From contig NW_003314358.1 of NCBI RefSeq assembly GCF_000143415.4, positions 444,731 through 508,730 on the forward strand: 64,000 bases of DNA. The letters run 5' to 3'. Both the position numbers and the translations under genes were made by a program. The notes beneath the pieces are model-generated. The model saw only the letters and a program-made list of their open reading frames with translations. It made no database searches and was not told the DNA's origin. Positions 48,223-62,741 of this stretch are shown in pieces; position 1 is the first letter of the stretch, and each line of letters starts with the position of its first letter. The DNA is from Selaginella moellendorffii. Taxonomy: Eukaryota > Plantae > Lycopodiophyta.

Positions 48223-51200
48223 CCTCGTGCTTGCTCCTCGAGCACTTTGTTGGGAGTTCCACTCCCGCTCTTGACCTTCCAAGTCGGAGCTTTTAGTCCA
48301 AACGTGTTATACTTGTTTGGCTTTCGCTTCGGCCACTACCACGTGGCACCCTTTCTGGCTCTACTTTGGGGCCTAGGGATTTTGTGTCTCACAACTCCAC
48401 CACCCATAGACGAAGTTCGATGTCCTCATCGAACGATAAACTATTTTATAAAGTAACACCCGCATGTGTTACAATTTCCATCCTTGGCACCTAGCCAATA
48501 TTTGTCAATAGTTTGACATTGAAGGCTCACCATGCCTTCTCCATATTCGTCAATGGTTTGACACCAAAGGCTCATTATGCCTTGCCCATCCTCTAAGGAG
48601 GGTAGTCTCTCCAACTTAGAGACTAATTGGACCACATATAGTGGTTCTCTCCTTTTGTTGGTTTAGTTTTCACTAAACCTTTTAGAGACCCTTCTCTAAG
48701 TCAATCCCACTATTCCTTCTCGAGTAGTCTCAATTCCCATCGATATAACCTTTGCACTTTGGAAGTTTGAATTTTGACTTCTTGGAGTCAATTTCCTAGG
48801 TGTCTCCGACACCTTGCCTTGCACCTTTTGTGCAACTCCACTTCCTCCTCCTAGGAAGTTCTCCACTTGAGGGCACCATCATCCGCTGTTCGATTTCATG
48901 CCACCTTTGGGCACTGAGTTCCAGTTATCATATGGTGTGCTAGGGCTGTCCATGGCCTTATCTTTTGGCTACTTTGCTGCTCCCTCACCGTGAGCTTTTA
49001 CTTCGCCAAATTGGAGCACTTAGGAATCCATTCTTGGAAGTCCACTTCCTTTCCCACGAGCCGTTAGCATCAAACACATTAGTGTTCCTTGGCTAACTTT
49101 GCCATTTGGATCCCTTCCATTAAATTCCATGGCCCAAACTTGGCCACTAGTCCTTTGCTCCTATCCTTGATTGTTGCACCCAGCAACATAGGATCGCTAC
49201 CTCCATTTTTGAGGTATCCTTTCGGTTCCATAGCAAAGATTCTCATTTGCCAATTCTGGAGAATGTTCACCCCTAATACGTCTCTTTAGCATCTTCTGCT
49301 ATGGGCTCTATCCACGGCCCCACTTCGTGACCCTTCCATGGGTCTCTTATAGAGACTACTTTCCTTGGACTCACTATGCCATCGCACGGACATAGTTTAT
49401 TTCCCTTAGGTGCTCTTCCCACTTGGTCATCATAACCAAGCCACACCACCTTAAACAGTTCAATTTCAACATTTTGAACCAGGAACTTCATTCCTTAGCC
49501 AACCAAGGACCTTGTCCTTATTTGGCCATACGATCACCTAGTGATCTCACCTTGGCACCTTAATAGAGTCGCCAAGAGGTACTTGGTCTTCTAGACCTTC
49601 AAATTGTTGACTATAACCCCGGGGGCATCCCCCACACTTGGCGGTGCACCCAAGCCAGCCTTTACGGCCAAGGGTTCATAGCAACTGAGATTAGGTGTCC
49701 CCATCTCACTCACCACGTCCTTGGTGCCACTTGCACCAAAGCGTTCAAGTTAGATATGCCGAGCTTTCACACTAAGCAATCTAACCGTGCATCACGACTC
49801 CGAGGCATCCCTCGCTTGGCGGTGTGCCCAAACCAGTCTTCACACTGAGAGTCCATGACCACCGAAATATGAGTGTCCTCATATTCCAAACCATCACCAC
49901 GCCCTAGTGAGTTGGGACTCGAACCCAAGCACTAGAGGGTCGGGACTCGAACCCAACCTCCGTATATGCATCTACGGATGGCATCACCCTGGATGCCTGG
50001 CGTGACTCTTCACGCTGGTGCACCAATTTATACTCAAAGCGCGCTACAAATCACAGCTTAGGAACCTAGTTCCTCCACACTGCCAAGTCCTCTCACTTGA
50101 CATGTCTGTGATCATGCATGGACTCCTCCATGCTTGGCCCCATGGGCCACCCTTTTTGAAGTTAGCACCTTCAACTAGGGTATTTGTTTCCCCCGACTTG
50201 CCAATCTCACTTAGCAAGTCATCCGGCCACTGTAACATGGTTCATGCATAAGCGTGAAAGTCCTTAACCATCGACTTTTGTTCAAAGCCCTCTCTTTGAA
50301 CACTCGGGAACTACTTCCCCAACCTTGATAGCCTTGCCTCATGGCAAGCTTCAAGACCACGCTTCTGCTGCGCCACTCTGATTTCGCGCGTTCTATGATC
50401 CATTTACACTTGGCTTTCTAGGTATCCAATTACCTAGAATTGTCTTTGGGAACCTTTCGAAGGAACTCTATCCCTTTACCTTGCTAAGGCCTCTCCTTTC
50501 GCAAGCTTTCCAATTGCCATATAGTCTAACATGGACAATCCCATGTTTTTGACTCTCCATGGCATCCCGGTCGCTAGTAACAACATGCTTGAGTGCCCAC
50601 TTGATTCTCCACTCCCTACTTGCATAACCACCCTTGGTCATGCCTGTCAATTCCTATGGTTCGGTTCTATCCCTTTATTACTTGCCTTTTGGCTTCATAC
50701 ATTTCCTTCGGTCATTCTCTTCCAGACTAGGAAGATAACTTTGCACTTTCTACCATGCTTTGGCAAGTATACTTAGGGATGAACCTACCCGACAGCCTAG
50801 GAGTGGTTCCTCAATCCGGGTTTGCTCACCTTGTAATCCCATACCCTAGGATTACCGTTGCTACTTGTGGGCCTTTATATGCCCATCCCTAGCCTTGCCA
50901 AAATCCCCTTTGGCTTTGTCCAATTTGGGTAGACGGACTTCTCCCGTCTCCACAACCTTGGACATTTGGATAGCACCTTCTATCCTTCATTCGCTAAGGA
51001 CTTTGTCCCTTGGGCATTATCCATTGCCCTTATGACACCAAACACCACCTTCTGGTGTTTTAGAGTGCTTGGGTGTCCTAATGATGGCATCTTTAGCAAT
51101 GAGCATTCCCTTTATGACATTGACTTACTATCTCGCAACATAAGCAATTTATCCCTCATAAGGGTATATCTACCTTCTTTACCTCAATAAGAGGTCTTAG

Positions 51201-53523
51201 GTAGTTACGTTCTACCAGTTTAACCAATTACTTTGCACCTTTTGCTTAGTTGCCTCATAGTTGTCAAGTTCTCCAACTCATTGCTGGTGCTTCCACACCT
51301 CCATCATTATTTGGGTCACCACACTTTAATCGCATGCCTTTTAGCTTAGGCTATGCCATTCCCATTTCCATTGGGATTCCTTTGGACGGGGTTCTTATGA
51401 ACCCGCCAACTTGACCTCAAGGCAGCACGCTTTGGCACCTTCGGTGCCTCCACACCATCGGCTTCACGAGCCTACCTCTATGACACTTCTTCTTTGTGTC
51501 TAAGTCTTTGCCAAGACCAATACCGCTCTTTCTCATGCCAACCATCTGTTAGCACTGCACCATAGAGGTCACACACAACTTTGTGTCAAAGTTGTTTTCT
51601 TTTTGGGAACACCTTTCCCATGACTTTAGCATGGCACATTTTGCCATCGATGAGATACCCTCTATTCTCATCCTTGGATCCTATGATCCCCCCCCATCCT
51701 TCGTGGGGTACCACACACCTCAATCCAAATGCTTCCATCAGTCCTTTTAGGACCATTCCTTGACTCTACTTGAGTCATCCAGCAGTTTTGGACTTGGTTA
51801 ATCCACAGACCCGTAAGGTCCCACTTGTGAGGCACTAGCTCACTGGAATACACTTCCTGCATTCTTGTCCTACTCAGAAGGACTATTTTCACAAGTGTTA
51901 CTCTGACACTTGTTTTTGTTCTCTGGGGCAACCTCTACCCCTCAGGACTACTTGTCCATGTGATGAGAATACCAATTCATCTCTAAGTACACCCCCCAAC
52001 TCCTTGGGTTGTTCCAGCATTTATTAAAGGTAGCCCCGGCTACCATTTCAAGGACTTGAGTCCTCTTCCGTATTTAACCTCCCACGGTCATTACTTCTGG
52101 TCTCACATTCATGAGCACCAACCTCAACTATATGAGGATAATCTTGTGACTCCCTTATTGCTTTGGAGTCTTTATCTTTCCTGTGATCCCAACTTTAGTT
52201 GTTTACCACAACTACATTGACCATTTACTGAGTCAAACGCTCATCTGGATCACATCCTCAACTCTCTGAGGAAAACCATTTACTGTTCCCAAGATCCCAA
52301 AGTCGTTCCCTTACCGGCCCCTTTTCTATCCACCACATTGCACCCAAGTCACGCATAAACTTGAGTGGAGAGCTATGTCCTCTCGGCATGCTACTCCTCA
52401 AGGATAAGCCCACTCCTAGGACCTTCCAATGCCAATTTCAATGGTGATATACTTGAGCACCAATAAAAGTCGGACTAAGGAACAGCTCCGATACCAAGTT
52501 GTAAGCGATTAAATTTTTCCATTCTACTTTAGTCACTTAACCTCACCTCCGACCACTTGGAGGAGACTCATTCACAACCTCCATAAGTCCAATTCAGGAC
52601 TTGGGACTTGCTAGCCCCAAGAATGGCATCCATGCCACTCAATACTTGCACCTGGTCCAAGTGCTCCACGTGTCCGATCCCATAACCGACACTCAAAGGT
52701 ACCACCGACATGGCAACCTATTACGCTAGGGTCATGCCCAATCACCTTTGCCACACTGGTAGTCCAATACCACTTGCATCACAGTCTTGGCTCTCCAAGA
52801 CTAGGCAAACCATCCGTGAGTGGTCATCTCAGATCCACTCCTTAGCATCCTTAGGATGCCCACCGACAAGGGGAATAGCCTTCCCCAATATCCCTCTGTC
52901 AGTCCCCATTAAGTCCCTTTCTGCCCCTGGCCGTGTTTGCCAACACTGCCACTGGATCGAGGCCCACAGGCCTGACCACTAAATCCCACAGTCCTCTGGG
53001 ACTTCCTCACCACACGACTGTGTCCTTGGTCACTACCCCAGAGGGCTGCTCCTCTTCCTTTCCACAGTCTGGGCCTTTGGGACAACATTTCGGAACACCA
53101 TGGCCTTACGCGAGCCACCTGAGTACTCTCCCCGCCTTCCGCCCTTGGGTGCTCTAGCCATGGGCTTAGAGCGAGGTTCCATTGAGCCACGCCTGGTATC
53201 CAAGTAGGTAGTGCCACCCACACTTGGACTGGGAGCATCGGCCAGTCGATCTCCCGGGGGAACTAGAGCCGGCTCTTGAACACTTCACCAAGCTACCCCG
53301 CTTGTCGGTCCGTGTTCACTCTAGTCTTGGACTTCCCAGTGGTCAGCTCATCACCCAACACTGGGCCTGGCCTTCCTGGGCCAAACTGGCCTTTCCTGGC
53401 CAAACTGGCTCCACTGGGCTCCAACCCCCACACTCTCCCTACTATACTTTTGGAACCCCCCCGCAGCCCCCCCCCCCTGGGGGACGATCGCTTTGGGCTT
53501 TCACCCAACTGCCTGTATTAGTA

Positions 53524-54017
53524 TTCGGACTCAGACTCGGACTCGGACTCGGACTCGAACTCGGACTCGGACTCGGTCTCGGTCCCGGATTTGGACTCGA
53601 ACTCGGTCTCGGTCTCGGTCTTGGTCTCGGTCTCGGTCTCGGTCTCGGTCCCGGTCTCGGTTCCATCTCGGGTCCATCTCGGACTCCATCTCGGGTCCAT
53701 CTTGGACTCCATATCGGACTCCACTTCGGGTCCATCTCGGACTCCATCTCGGACTCCATATCGGACTCCACTTTGGGTCCATCTCGGACTCCATATCGGA
53801 CTCCATCTCGGACTCCACTTCGGACTCCACTTCGGATCCATCTCGGACTCCATATCGGACTGCACTTTGGGTCCATCTTGGACTCCATATCGGACTCCAT
53901 CTCGGACTCCACTTTGGACTCCACTTCGGGTCCATCTCGGACTCCATATCGGACTCCATCTCGGACTCCACTTCGGACTCCATCTCGGACTCCATATCGG
54001 ACTCCACTTCGGGTCCG
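53524..54017. repeat. compound minisatellite in the second B LTR (shorter array)
   Basis: Same units as 47665-48222, ~60 bp shorter. Confidence 0.95.
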
Positions 54018-54221
54018 CCTCGTGCTTGCTCCTCGAGCACTTTGTTGGGAGTTCCACTCCTGCTCTCGACCTTCCAAGTCGGAGCTTTTAGTCCAAACGT
54101 GTTATACTCATTTGGCTTTCACTTCGGCCACTACCACGTGGCACCCTTTCCGGCTCTACTTTGGGGCCTAGGGATTTTGTGTCTCACATTATCCTTGTCA
54201 AAGGTTTTGTTTGATTATTGT

Positions 54222-57200
54222 TGTAGCGCAAGTGGTTTTTACCCTTTATCCTATGGTGATTTACTATAGGATAACACCATAAAGCGGAACCTAAACCCTC
54301 TTTATGCCATGTGACACATGCCACATGTCACATGCCATGTGTCCATGCCACGTGTGCACAAGACAGTGGTGTGGAACCCAAAGTTTAGGGCCTTGGGCCA
54401 CTGAATGAAGGAACGGTGCCAAACTCCCAAGCATAGAGCCAAGGAGTGATGGAACTGGTCCATGAAGCAACTCCCAAGCATACAGCCCAAGGAGCGAAGG
54501 GACAGGAGCCCAGAGCGACTTGGAACAATCCTGGAGCGACCAGCATCTCAATGGCAAGACCATCATGCAAAACAGAGCCAAATGGAGTCTGGCACTATTT
54601 CGGCATACTGGTGGCCTAACACGAGGACATGGGTACTCCACCAGCTAGCATGGAATGGAACTTGGGCTTAGACCCAAGCCGGACGTAGAACAAGGACAAG
54701 CACACAAGCAAGAGCTAGACTATGCCTTAGGTTGGTCAACCATGCCTAACCTACCCCTACTATACATTTGGAACCCCCCATAACCCCCCCCCTCTTGAGG
54801 AACACACGCTTTGGGCTTTCACCCCAAGCCTACCTTTAGTACCAGGAGTTAGTCTCTAGGACAAGCTCAAAACTTACTAAATATGGAATGACACTAAATT
54901 GCGAATTTGGACACGGGACAAACACCATTGTGTTCAGGCCGATCTCTACACTCCGTAGATATGCCAAATGAGCAAATCTAGACACTTTCCATAAATAGTA
55001 TTTGGGACCAAATGAGATTAACACAAAGAGCATGATAGCAAGGGTGTTTGGCAGACACGGTAAGCTATCATCCAGTGATATTGAGGGACCAATCTCAATA
55101 CGCGAGGGTTTTTGTCAAGTCAGTGCAAGACAGAGCAAAAGAGAACTAACAAGCCAGGCCAAGTATGCTCAGCTAAATAGACACTTAGAAATTCCTTCCT
55201 TATGCTTATCCGGCCAAGTACAAATGCAAAATCTAGTTTACTAACACTGAACAAGAGGGACTAATAAAGGTTCAGCAATACCGACCTCTTACCATCGTGG
55301 CAGTAAGGTAAGAGTGTCCGTAAGGACTGGCCGACATATAACTTTCGATACCTGAAATCACATTCGCGACACTCTCCCCCCTTTAGGAAGATCAACATCC
55401 TCATCGATGCATACTCGAGTCTAGAATACCGCCAAGGAAACAACTCTAGAAAAAAAGTTCATAGTATTCACACTATGTGAGAAATGCACCAACTTAAATG
55501 AGTTAGGAGGCAACCTCTTTGTCTAACGCAGATGCGCTACCAGCTCAGACACTTTCCAACCGTCGCCGACAAGAAATGACCAACGAAGTCAGCCACCCTT
55601 GCTGCTCTGGGAGTCACCCAGCTTACAAAAGTGTGATACGCCCCTGCCTGCAAAGACATAGAGAGAGAAGCGAGAGGCCCCAACCCTCATGAGCAAAGAA
55701 ACCAAACCCGTCGGTAAGGTTTAGATAGACTAATGTAAACAGGCAGTTAGAGTTGTTTACATGGTCATGCCCTTTTAACGGAACAAGGAACATCGACAAA
55801 GAGGCAGGTTGTGTGACCAGTCAACAGTAGCTACCCCATGGCTAGAGATTTCATCATGCATACGAAGTGCCAAAGCTAGTCTGCCTATACTGGCCTAAAC
55901 TCAAAGATCAATAGATGGATAATATCAAAGTCATAGATAATGATATCTTAGAGTCTTAAGTATCAGTGATTAAATCTTAGATTAGAATACAAAAGTATTC
56001 CAAATAAGTTATCATCCGATAAACTAGTATTATTGTTTACAAACCACCAAGATCATCATAATTGGAAAACATAGGATTCACTATCTAACAAAATTCAAGA
56101 GCAAATATATCATCAAGTAAACTCAATGAGAAAACTTAACTATTAAAGATTGTAGATAGTATGCTAAAAAACTTACTAAAGATAACTTATAGAACAAAAA
56201 GTATCATTGACTGACAAGCACAATGCTCGCGAATGTATCACCCGAAGGAAATAACATCCCAACCTATCTAAACTAACTCAAGTAACAATCAACAAAATAG
56301 AATAAATGTTGCATGGCTAACAAACACTCGTTCATGCCAACTATCATATTAGTCAATCCAAATAGATTTCGGTCAATAATACTAATGAACCAGAGTTGCT
56401 CAAGTAAGTGTCAGCAACATCTTATCGATATCTCAAACCGAAGAGACCAATCCAGAGCAAACCACAAGGAACATATGGTATTGCGAAAAGCCATAAGCTA
56501 TCAAAAAGACCAACTAACTACCATGAAAGATCATTAATCATCCCATCAAAAGAGATAAGCAGAATCATTGTCAAATAAGGAATCCACCATCCCGAAGAAT
56601 AACGAATCATTCTATATCAACAACAATCAAGCAAAACTCTTTGACAAAGATAATCAACTATTCTAGATGATAGTCAATCATCACCAATGATTGCCAGATG
56701 GAAATACTAACTTCAACATTAAAACGAATGAGCCAAAATGCCTTCCCCCAACAACTTCTAACAAATAAAACAATGAGTATGAAAACTCAAAGAACCAAAA
56801 GCTCGAAGAAGTCTATAGCTAAGTCTTGTCTATAATGATCACGAGTCTTGCATAAACTAACTTCAATGCTAAAGAAGAAATCATGGCACAACCCACAATA
56901 TCCTCCTCAACACATCTATAGCCAAACTTCATAATGCCAAAGCTAATGAAGAGTATATTCGCATCAATCCAAAGCTAAGCATAATGGAGCTATGCTCAAC
57001 AAATGATCATGAAATGATCCTTCATGAATCCATCTATAACAAAACGTAACTCACTTCATAACAAACACAAGAAAAATCATTAATAATCGATATATTCCAA
57101 CTCAAACCCAACAAGGATTCAAACATTCTAATATCGGTCATTAACTCTTTTACTTGTAAAGCTAGCATAGTCCATGACTACATCACTTTTCAAGGAAAAG

Positions 57201-60200
57201 CTCAAAGCTCAACCCCTACTAAATAATCTCGTCTAGAACACAACTAACTCAACTTGCCACTCAGTTTGTTTGAACGTCAATACAGTTGCTAACTAGCAAA
57301 TGCACGAATGCCAATAATATAAAGCCATAACCAAATCATCAACACTATCTTCATTGAGACCAATGAAACTCAATATCAATCCTATGAAGAGACATCTCAT
57401 CTCACTTGAATCTCAACACCAATAATGTCAACGACAAGGCATTACTTCAATGCCATCAACACTAGAACAAAGCTAAAAAAAAGCACAAGTGAGTCACCAC
57501 TCAAAGCTCTCTAGCAACCAAGCTAACCAAAGTCGAAGATACCTTAATCAGTATCTGAGACCAACTTTTCAACAATACTCAGCTATAGATAACACTTCAT
57601 CAAGGAGTGAATCACCACATCCAAAGCTCAATGAAATCCAACACTACAGACTAAACGTATCCAAATGATATCGACAGAGATAGAGTCGAAATGCCAACAT
57701 GGAAAACCCATGTAACTCTAACGACACGATCCTCCACAACACCATTTGGTAAAGCAAGCCCATCACTGCTAAATCATCATCGAGCAAGCAAGTGTCAACA
57801 ATCCTTGACAAAGTTTATAAGTAATCACTAGTCACAAAGCAACTAACAATCATTTTTCAACTTGCCTTCCCAAGACTCAACACTAAACTCATGCCATTAA
57901 GTTATATACCAACATAAACACAATATCCCAGGCATGAAATAAAGGTTCATGGACATGCATAAACTAAATGACCACTCGAATTTAACTCAACTGCAATAAG
58001 CTCACCAATGCATTTAGCTAACAACTCTGAGCATGTCTTGAAGAGGCTAGCTATGCATGATCATCACTTAGTCGAAACTAAAGTGAAGACCATGAGATGG
58101 ACTTATATCGGTACACAACCTCCTTATTGACAAAGCTATAGTACAGGTACTAACATTTCAACTTCAAACAACTAAGTTGGATATCACCATCCTCAGTCAA
58201 GGTGCAGGGCCACCAAAACTAAGTCAAGATCAGTGAAAGCTCACTACTCTCATAGAGTCTTAACAAAATGCAAAGTGCAACCTACTACCGTGCATAATGC
58301 TACAAAAGAAAGGCATAAGGGTCACCTTTCTAAAAAAGTGCAACAGCCACTTTTTTACACCAACTCCAGACTATATCCAACTCAATTGCCTTAACCCCAA
58401 AAGTTAGCATCCTTTTCAGGTCGCATCATACAAACTACCTACTAAGGTTTAAACCAACTAAAGTCAACTCTAACCCCTTTACTAGTTTGTATTGGCTTAC
58501 GACAACAGAATGGTTTTCGGACAAAGTGATCAACAGATCAGCCATTGGAAAAGCCTAAGAAAATTTGTGGAAAATTTTCCATTCTAGATAAAGAATGACT
58601 CTCAGTCCAAAAATGCAAACTTTCAAGACTCAACCAACTTCTTTTTATTAACAACTTCACAAAGGTTCACCTCAACACAAATTCTCATGACTCACAATAT
58701 GCTTAAGCCTTGAACATCTTTTTGCCCAAACACCGACATCCGTAAAATGCAAAGTGAATATCCAAGGTTTGATCACGAAGACCATATCTTCGGATATCCA
58801 CATTGCACTAACACTTTTCTTTAACCACTTTCAAGATCTAATGTGAAGCCAAAACACTAACAAGAAAAATGACATGGAAAATCAAGCTTTAAGGAAAATT
58901 CCTTATCACTCAAAATAACAATATCATCTCCACTAACACAAGTGCTAGCGATATTAATGCCTCAACTACACACCTTCTCTATCTAACAATCTACTCCAAG
59001 TGCTAATGGATCAACTAACAAGCTATAACAAATGAATGCTATAACCCTTTCTAAACACCTCATGGGCAAATTCTTAAGGAAACAAGGAACCAACTTAAGC
59101 TTAGCATAATGGACTACCAACGAGAATCCAGTCAAAGCTACTACAATGCTACTTCGTGCAAGTAGACTAACTTCACCATCAACCACTTTGGGGTTGATCA
59201 TTATTTAACCAAGCAATTTTGTAAACACATTGCTCATTATCATATGGATATGATATAGAAACCATAATGACTTGATCTTCAATTGAGCAACACAACAAAC
59301 AATGCAAATGTCATTACTTCAAAGGTTCATGTGAATATCAAGTCTTAACTCGATTCGACAAAATGTAACATAAATGCCACACTCCACCGATAGCAATTTA
59401 CAACACTCAACACCATTAACTTTTGTTCACAACACGGACAAGCTTATGCTACTCTTTTTTTGACCAAACTCAAAACTAATCTAATACCAAGTTACTCAAG
59501 GAGCAATAGCAAGGTTCCCTGGAAAAGAATTAAGTATTGCAATCCAAGTCTTCAATAACAAGCTTAAATAAAATGGTTTAGCGCTTCATTGCTATCCATC
59601 CCATAACTCATCATTTGCAAGACCATCATTTCCAACATGCATCAAGGTAGGGACTCTTGATTGCATAATGTGAATACGAGCAATGAGTCACATTGTTGCA
59701 AATCATCTCTCTAAGAAGAGAAAATGATTTACATGTTTGATCCTTCATCCCTAATAACTCTCTTTTCGATCTCATCTTTGACTAAACTTCAAGTTTGCTT
59801 TCGCACTGCCTTCAATCCAATCCAAGAAAAGTTTATGAGAGAGCACAGCAATGATTACTTGAATTAATAGACTAATCCCTACAGTCTTGATTGATCCACT
59901 TGTACCCATGCCTAGGAAGGATCCACTAGTGCCATGCTAAACAGCTACGGACTAGCCTATTTGCCACTCATAGCAAACTCAGGGTAGGTTTACTTTCACC
60001 CACGGTACATGGAACAACTCATGGAACCATCGATAGGCTAACATTAATCCTGCCAACTCAAAGCGTAACCTCGAGTTGCTAATGTGCCTCTCTCACAAGC
60101 CCAACTGCAAACTCGTGCTAATGGAATATCTCAATCCATCCTATGAGCCCAAGAGCAAGCTCACATTATTACGGTACAAAAAGATAACCAAATCCATACC

Positions 60201-61509
60201 CAAGGAACGATTGCGAAGTCTTTGCACCCAAACGTGTACTCACTCGGATCATCGTTTTCATCTCTGTGTATGCAATGAGACTAGTTGTCCAATCCCATTG
60301 AATAGTACTCGCTAAGACTTATTCTCTGATACCAAATGTAGCGCACATGGTTTTTACCCTTTATCCTATGGTGATTTACTATAGGATAACACCACGAAGC
60401 GGAACCTAAACCCTCTTTATGCCACGTGACACATGCCACATGTCACATGCCATGTGTCCATGCCATGTGTCCACAAGACAGTGGTGTGGAACCCAAAGTT
60501 CAGGGCCTTGGGCCATTGAATGAAGGAACGGTGCCAAACTCCCAAGTATGGAGCTAAGGAGTGACGGAACCAGTCCACGGAGCAACTCCTAAGCATACAG
60601 CCCAAGGAACGAAGGGACAGGAGCCCGGAGCGACTTGGAACAATCCTGGAGCGACCAGCATCTCAATGCCAGGACCAGCATCTCAATGCTAGGACCAACA
60701 CGCAAAACGGAGCCAAACTGAGACTGGCACTATTTCGGCATACTAGTGGCCTAACGCGAGGACATGGGTACTCCACCAACTAGCATGGAATGGAACTTGG
60801 GCTTAGACCCAAGCCGGACGTAGAACAAGGACAGGTACGCAAGCGGAAGCTAGACTATGCCTCAGGTTGGTCAGCCATGCCCGACCTACCCCTACTATAC
60901 ATTTGGAACCCCCCATAGCTCCCCCCCCCCTTGAGGAACACACACTTTGGGCTTTCACCCCAAGCCTACCCTTAGTATCAAGAGTTAGTCTCTGGGACAA
61001 GCTTGAAACTTACTAAATATAGAATGGCGCTAGATTGCGAATTTGGACACGGGACGATCACCATTGTGTTCAGGTCGATCTCTACATTCCATAGATATGC
61101 CAAATGAGCAAATCTAGACACTTTCCATAAATAGTATTTGAGACCGAAATGAGATTAACACAAAGGGCATGATAGCGAGGGTGTTTGGCAGACACAGTAA
61201 GCTATCATCCAGTGATATTGAGGGACCAATCTCAATACGCGAGGGTTCTTGTCAAGCCAGTGCAAGACAAAGCAAAAGAGAACTAACAAGCCAGGCCAAG
61301 TATTCTCAGCTAAATAGATATTTAGGAATTCCTTCCTTATGCTCATTCGGCCAAGTACAGATGCAAAGTCCAGTTTACTAACACTTGAACAAGAGGGACT
61401 AATAAAGGTTCAGCAATACCGACCTCCTGCCATCGTGGCAGTAAGGTAAGAGTGTCCGTAAGGACTGGTCGACAGATAACTTTCGATACCCGAAGTCACA
61501 TTCGCGACA
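54222..61509 (-). mobile_element. LARD-like LTR element A' (complete copy of family A, inverted inside A)
   Basis: LTRs 54222-55371 and 60337-61509. TSD ATTGT at 54217-54221 and 61510-61514. Minus-strand PBS TGGTATCAGAG at 60324-60334, PPT at 55372-55383. ~5 kb interior without ORFs. Confidence 0.95.
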
Positions 61510-62741
61510 ATTGTTGATCTAGAATGATTTACTGTTCTTCGGGATGGTGGATTCTTTCTTCAATGATGATTATGCATCTCTCTATTGATAAGATGATTGA
61601 TGATTTTTCATGATGGTTAGTTATTTTTTTTTATGGCTTATAGCTTTTCGCAATACCACATGTTCTTTGTGGTTTGCTCTAGTTTGGTCTCTTGGGTTTA
61701 AGACATTAATAGGATGTTACTGACACTTGCTTAAGCAACTTAAGTTCTTTTATATTGTTGACCAAGATTTATTCAAATTAGCTTCTATGTTAGTTAGCAT
61801 GAATGGATGCTTGTTAGTCTTACCGCATTCATTCTATTCTGTTGATTATTACTCAAGTTTCTTTGAGTGATACATTTGCGAACATCTTGCTTGCCAGTCA
61901 ATGATATTTAGTGTTCTTTGAGTTGTCTTTTGTAAGTTGTTTAGCATGCTATCTAAATTCTTTGATAGTTATGTATTATCACTCAATTTACTTGCTATTG
62001 AATTTTCTTGATAGTGAATCCTATGTTTCCCAATAATAGTGATCTTGGTGGTTCCTATACTATAATACTAGTTTATCAGATGATAACTTATTTGGAATAC
62101 TTTTGTGTTTTAATTTAAGATTTATTCACTGGTAATTAAGTCTCTTAGATATCATTGTTTTTGACTTTGATATTGTCCATCTATTGATCTTTGAGTTTGG
62201 GCCAGTATAGGCAGACTGGCTTTGGCACTTTGTGTGCATGGTGAAATCTCTAGTCATGTGGTAGTTACTGTCGACTAGTCATATCACCTGCCTCTCTGTC
62301 GATGTTTTCTATTTCGTTCAAAGGGCATGACCATGTAAACAACTTTAACTGCCTATTTACAGTAGTCTATCTAAACCTTACTGATGGGTTTGGTTTCTTT
62401 GCTCAAGAGGTTTGGGGCCTCTGGCTTCTCTCTCTATGTCCTTGTAGGTAGGGGGCGTATCACAGTTTTGTAAGCTGGGTGACACCCAGAGTAGCAAGGG
62501 TGGCTGACTCTGTTGGTCATTTCCTTGTCAGCAATAGCCAAAAGGTGTTTGAGTTGATAGCACATCCATGTTAGACAAAGAAGTTACCCTAACTCATTTA
62601 AGTTGGTGCATTTCTCACATAGTGTGATCACTGTGAACTTTTAATAGAGTTGTTTCCTTGGCAGTGGTCTAGACTCGAGTATGCATCAATGAGGACGTTG
62701 ATCTTCCTTGGGGGGGAGAGTGTCGCGAATGTAACTTTGGG

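Larger units (their letters stand above)
46643..54188 (-). mobile_element. LTR retrotransposon B, non-autonomous (decayed interior), with minisatellite-containing LTRs
   Basis: LTRs 46643-48393 and 52500-54188 (TGTAAGCG...GTCTCACA). TSD TTATC at 46638-46642 and 54189-54193. Minus-strand PBS TGGTATCGGAGC at 52485-52496, PPT-like ATGGGTGGTGGAG at ~48395-48407. No long internal ORF. Confidence 0.95.

Noticed and set aside
47367-48456. Long ORFs (309-345 aa) with RS/RT/GL repeats, also at 53224-54269, resembling SR proteins or extensins
   Set aside because: They arise in many frames on both strands from a stop-poor minisatellite inside LTRs, and frames are not conserved between the two LTRs.
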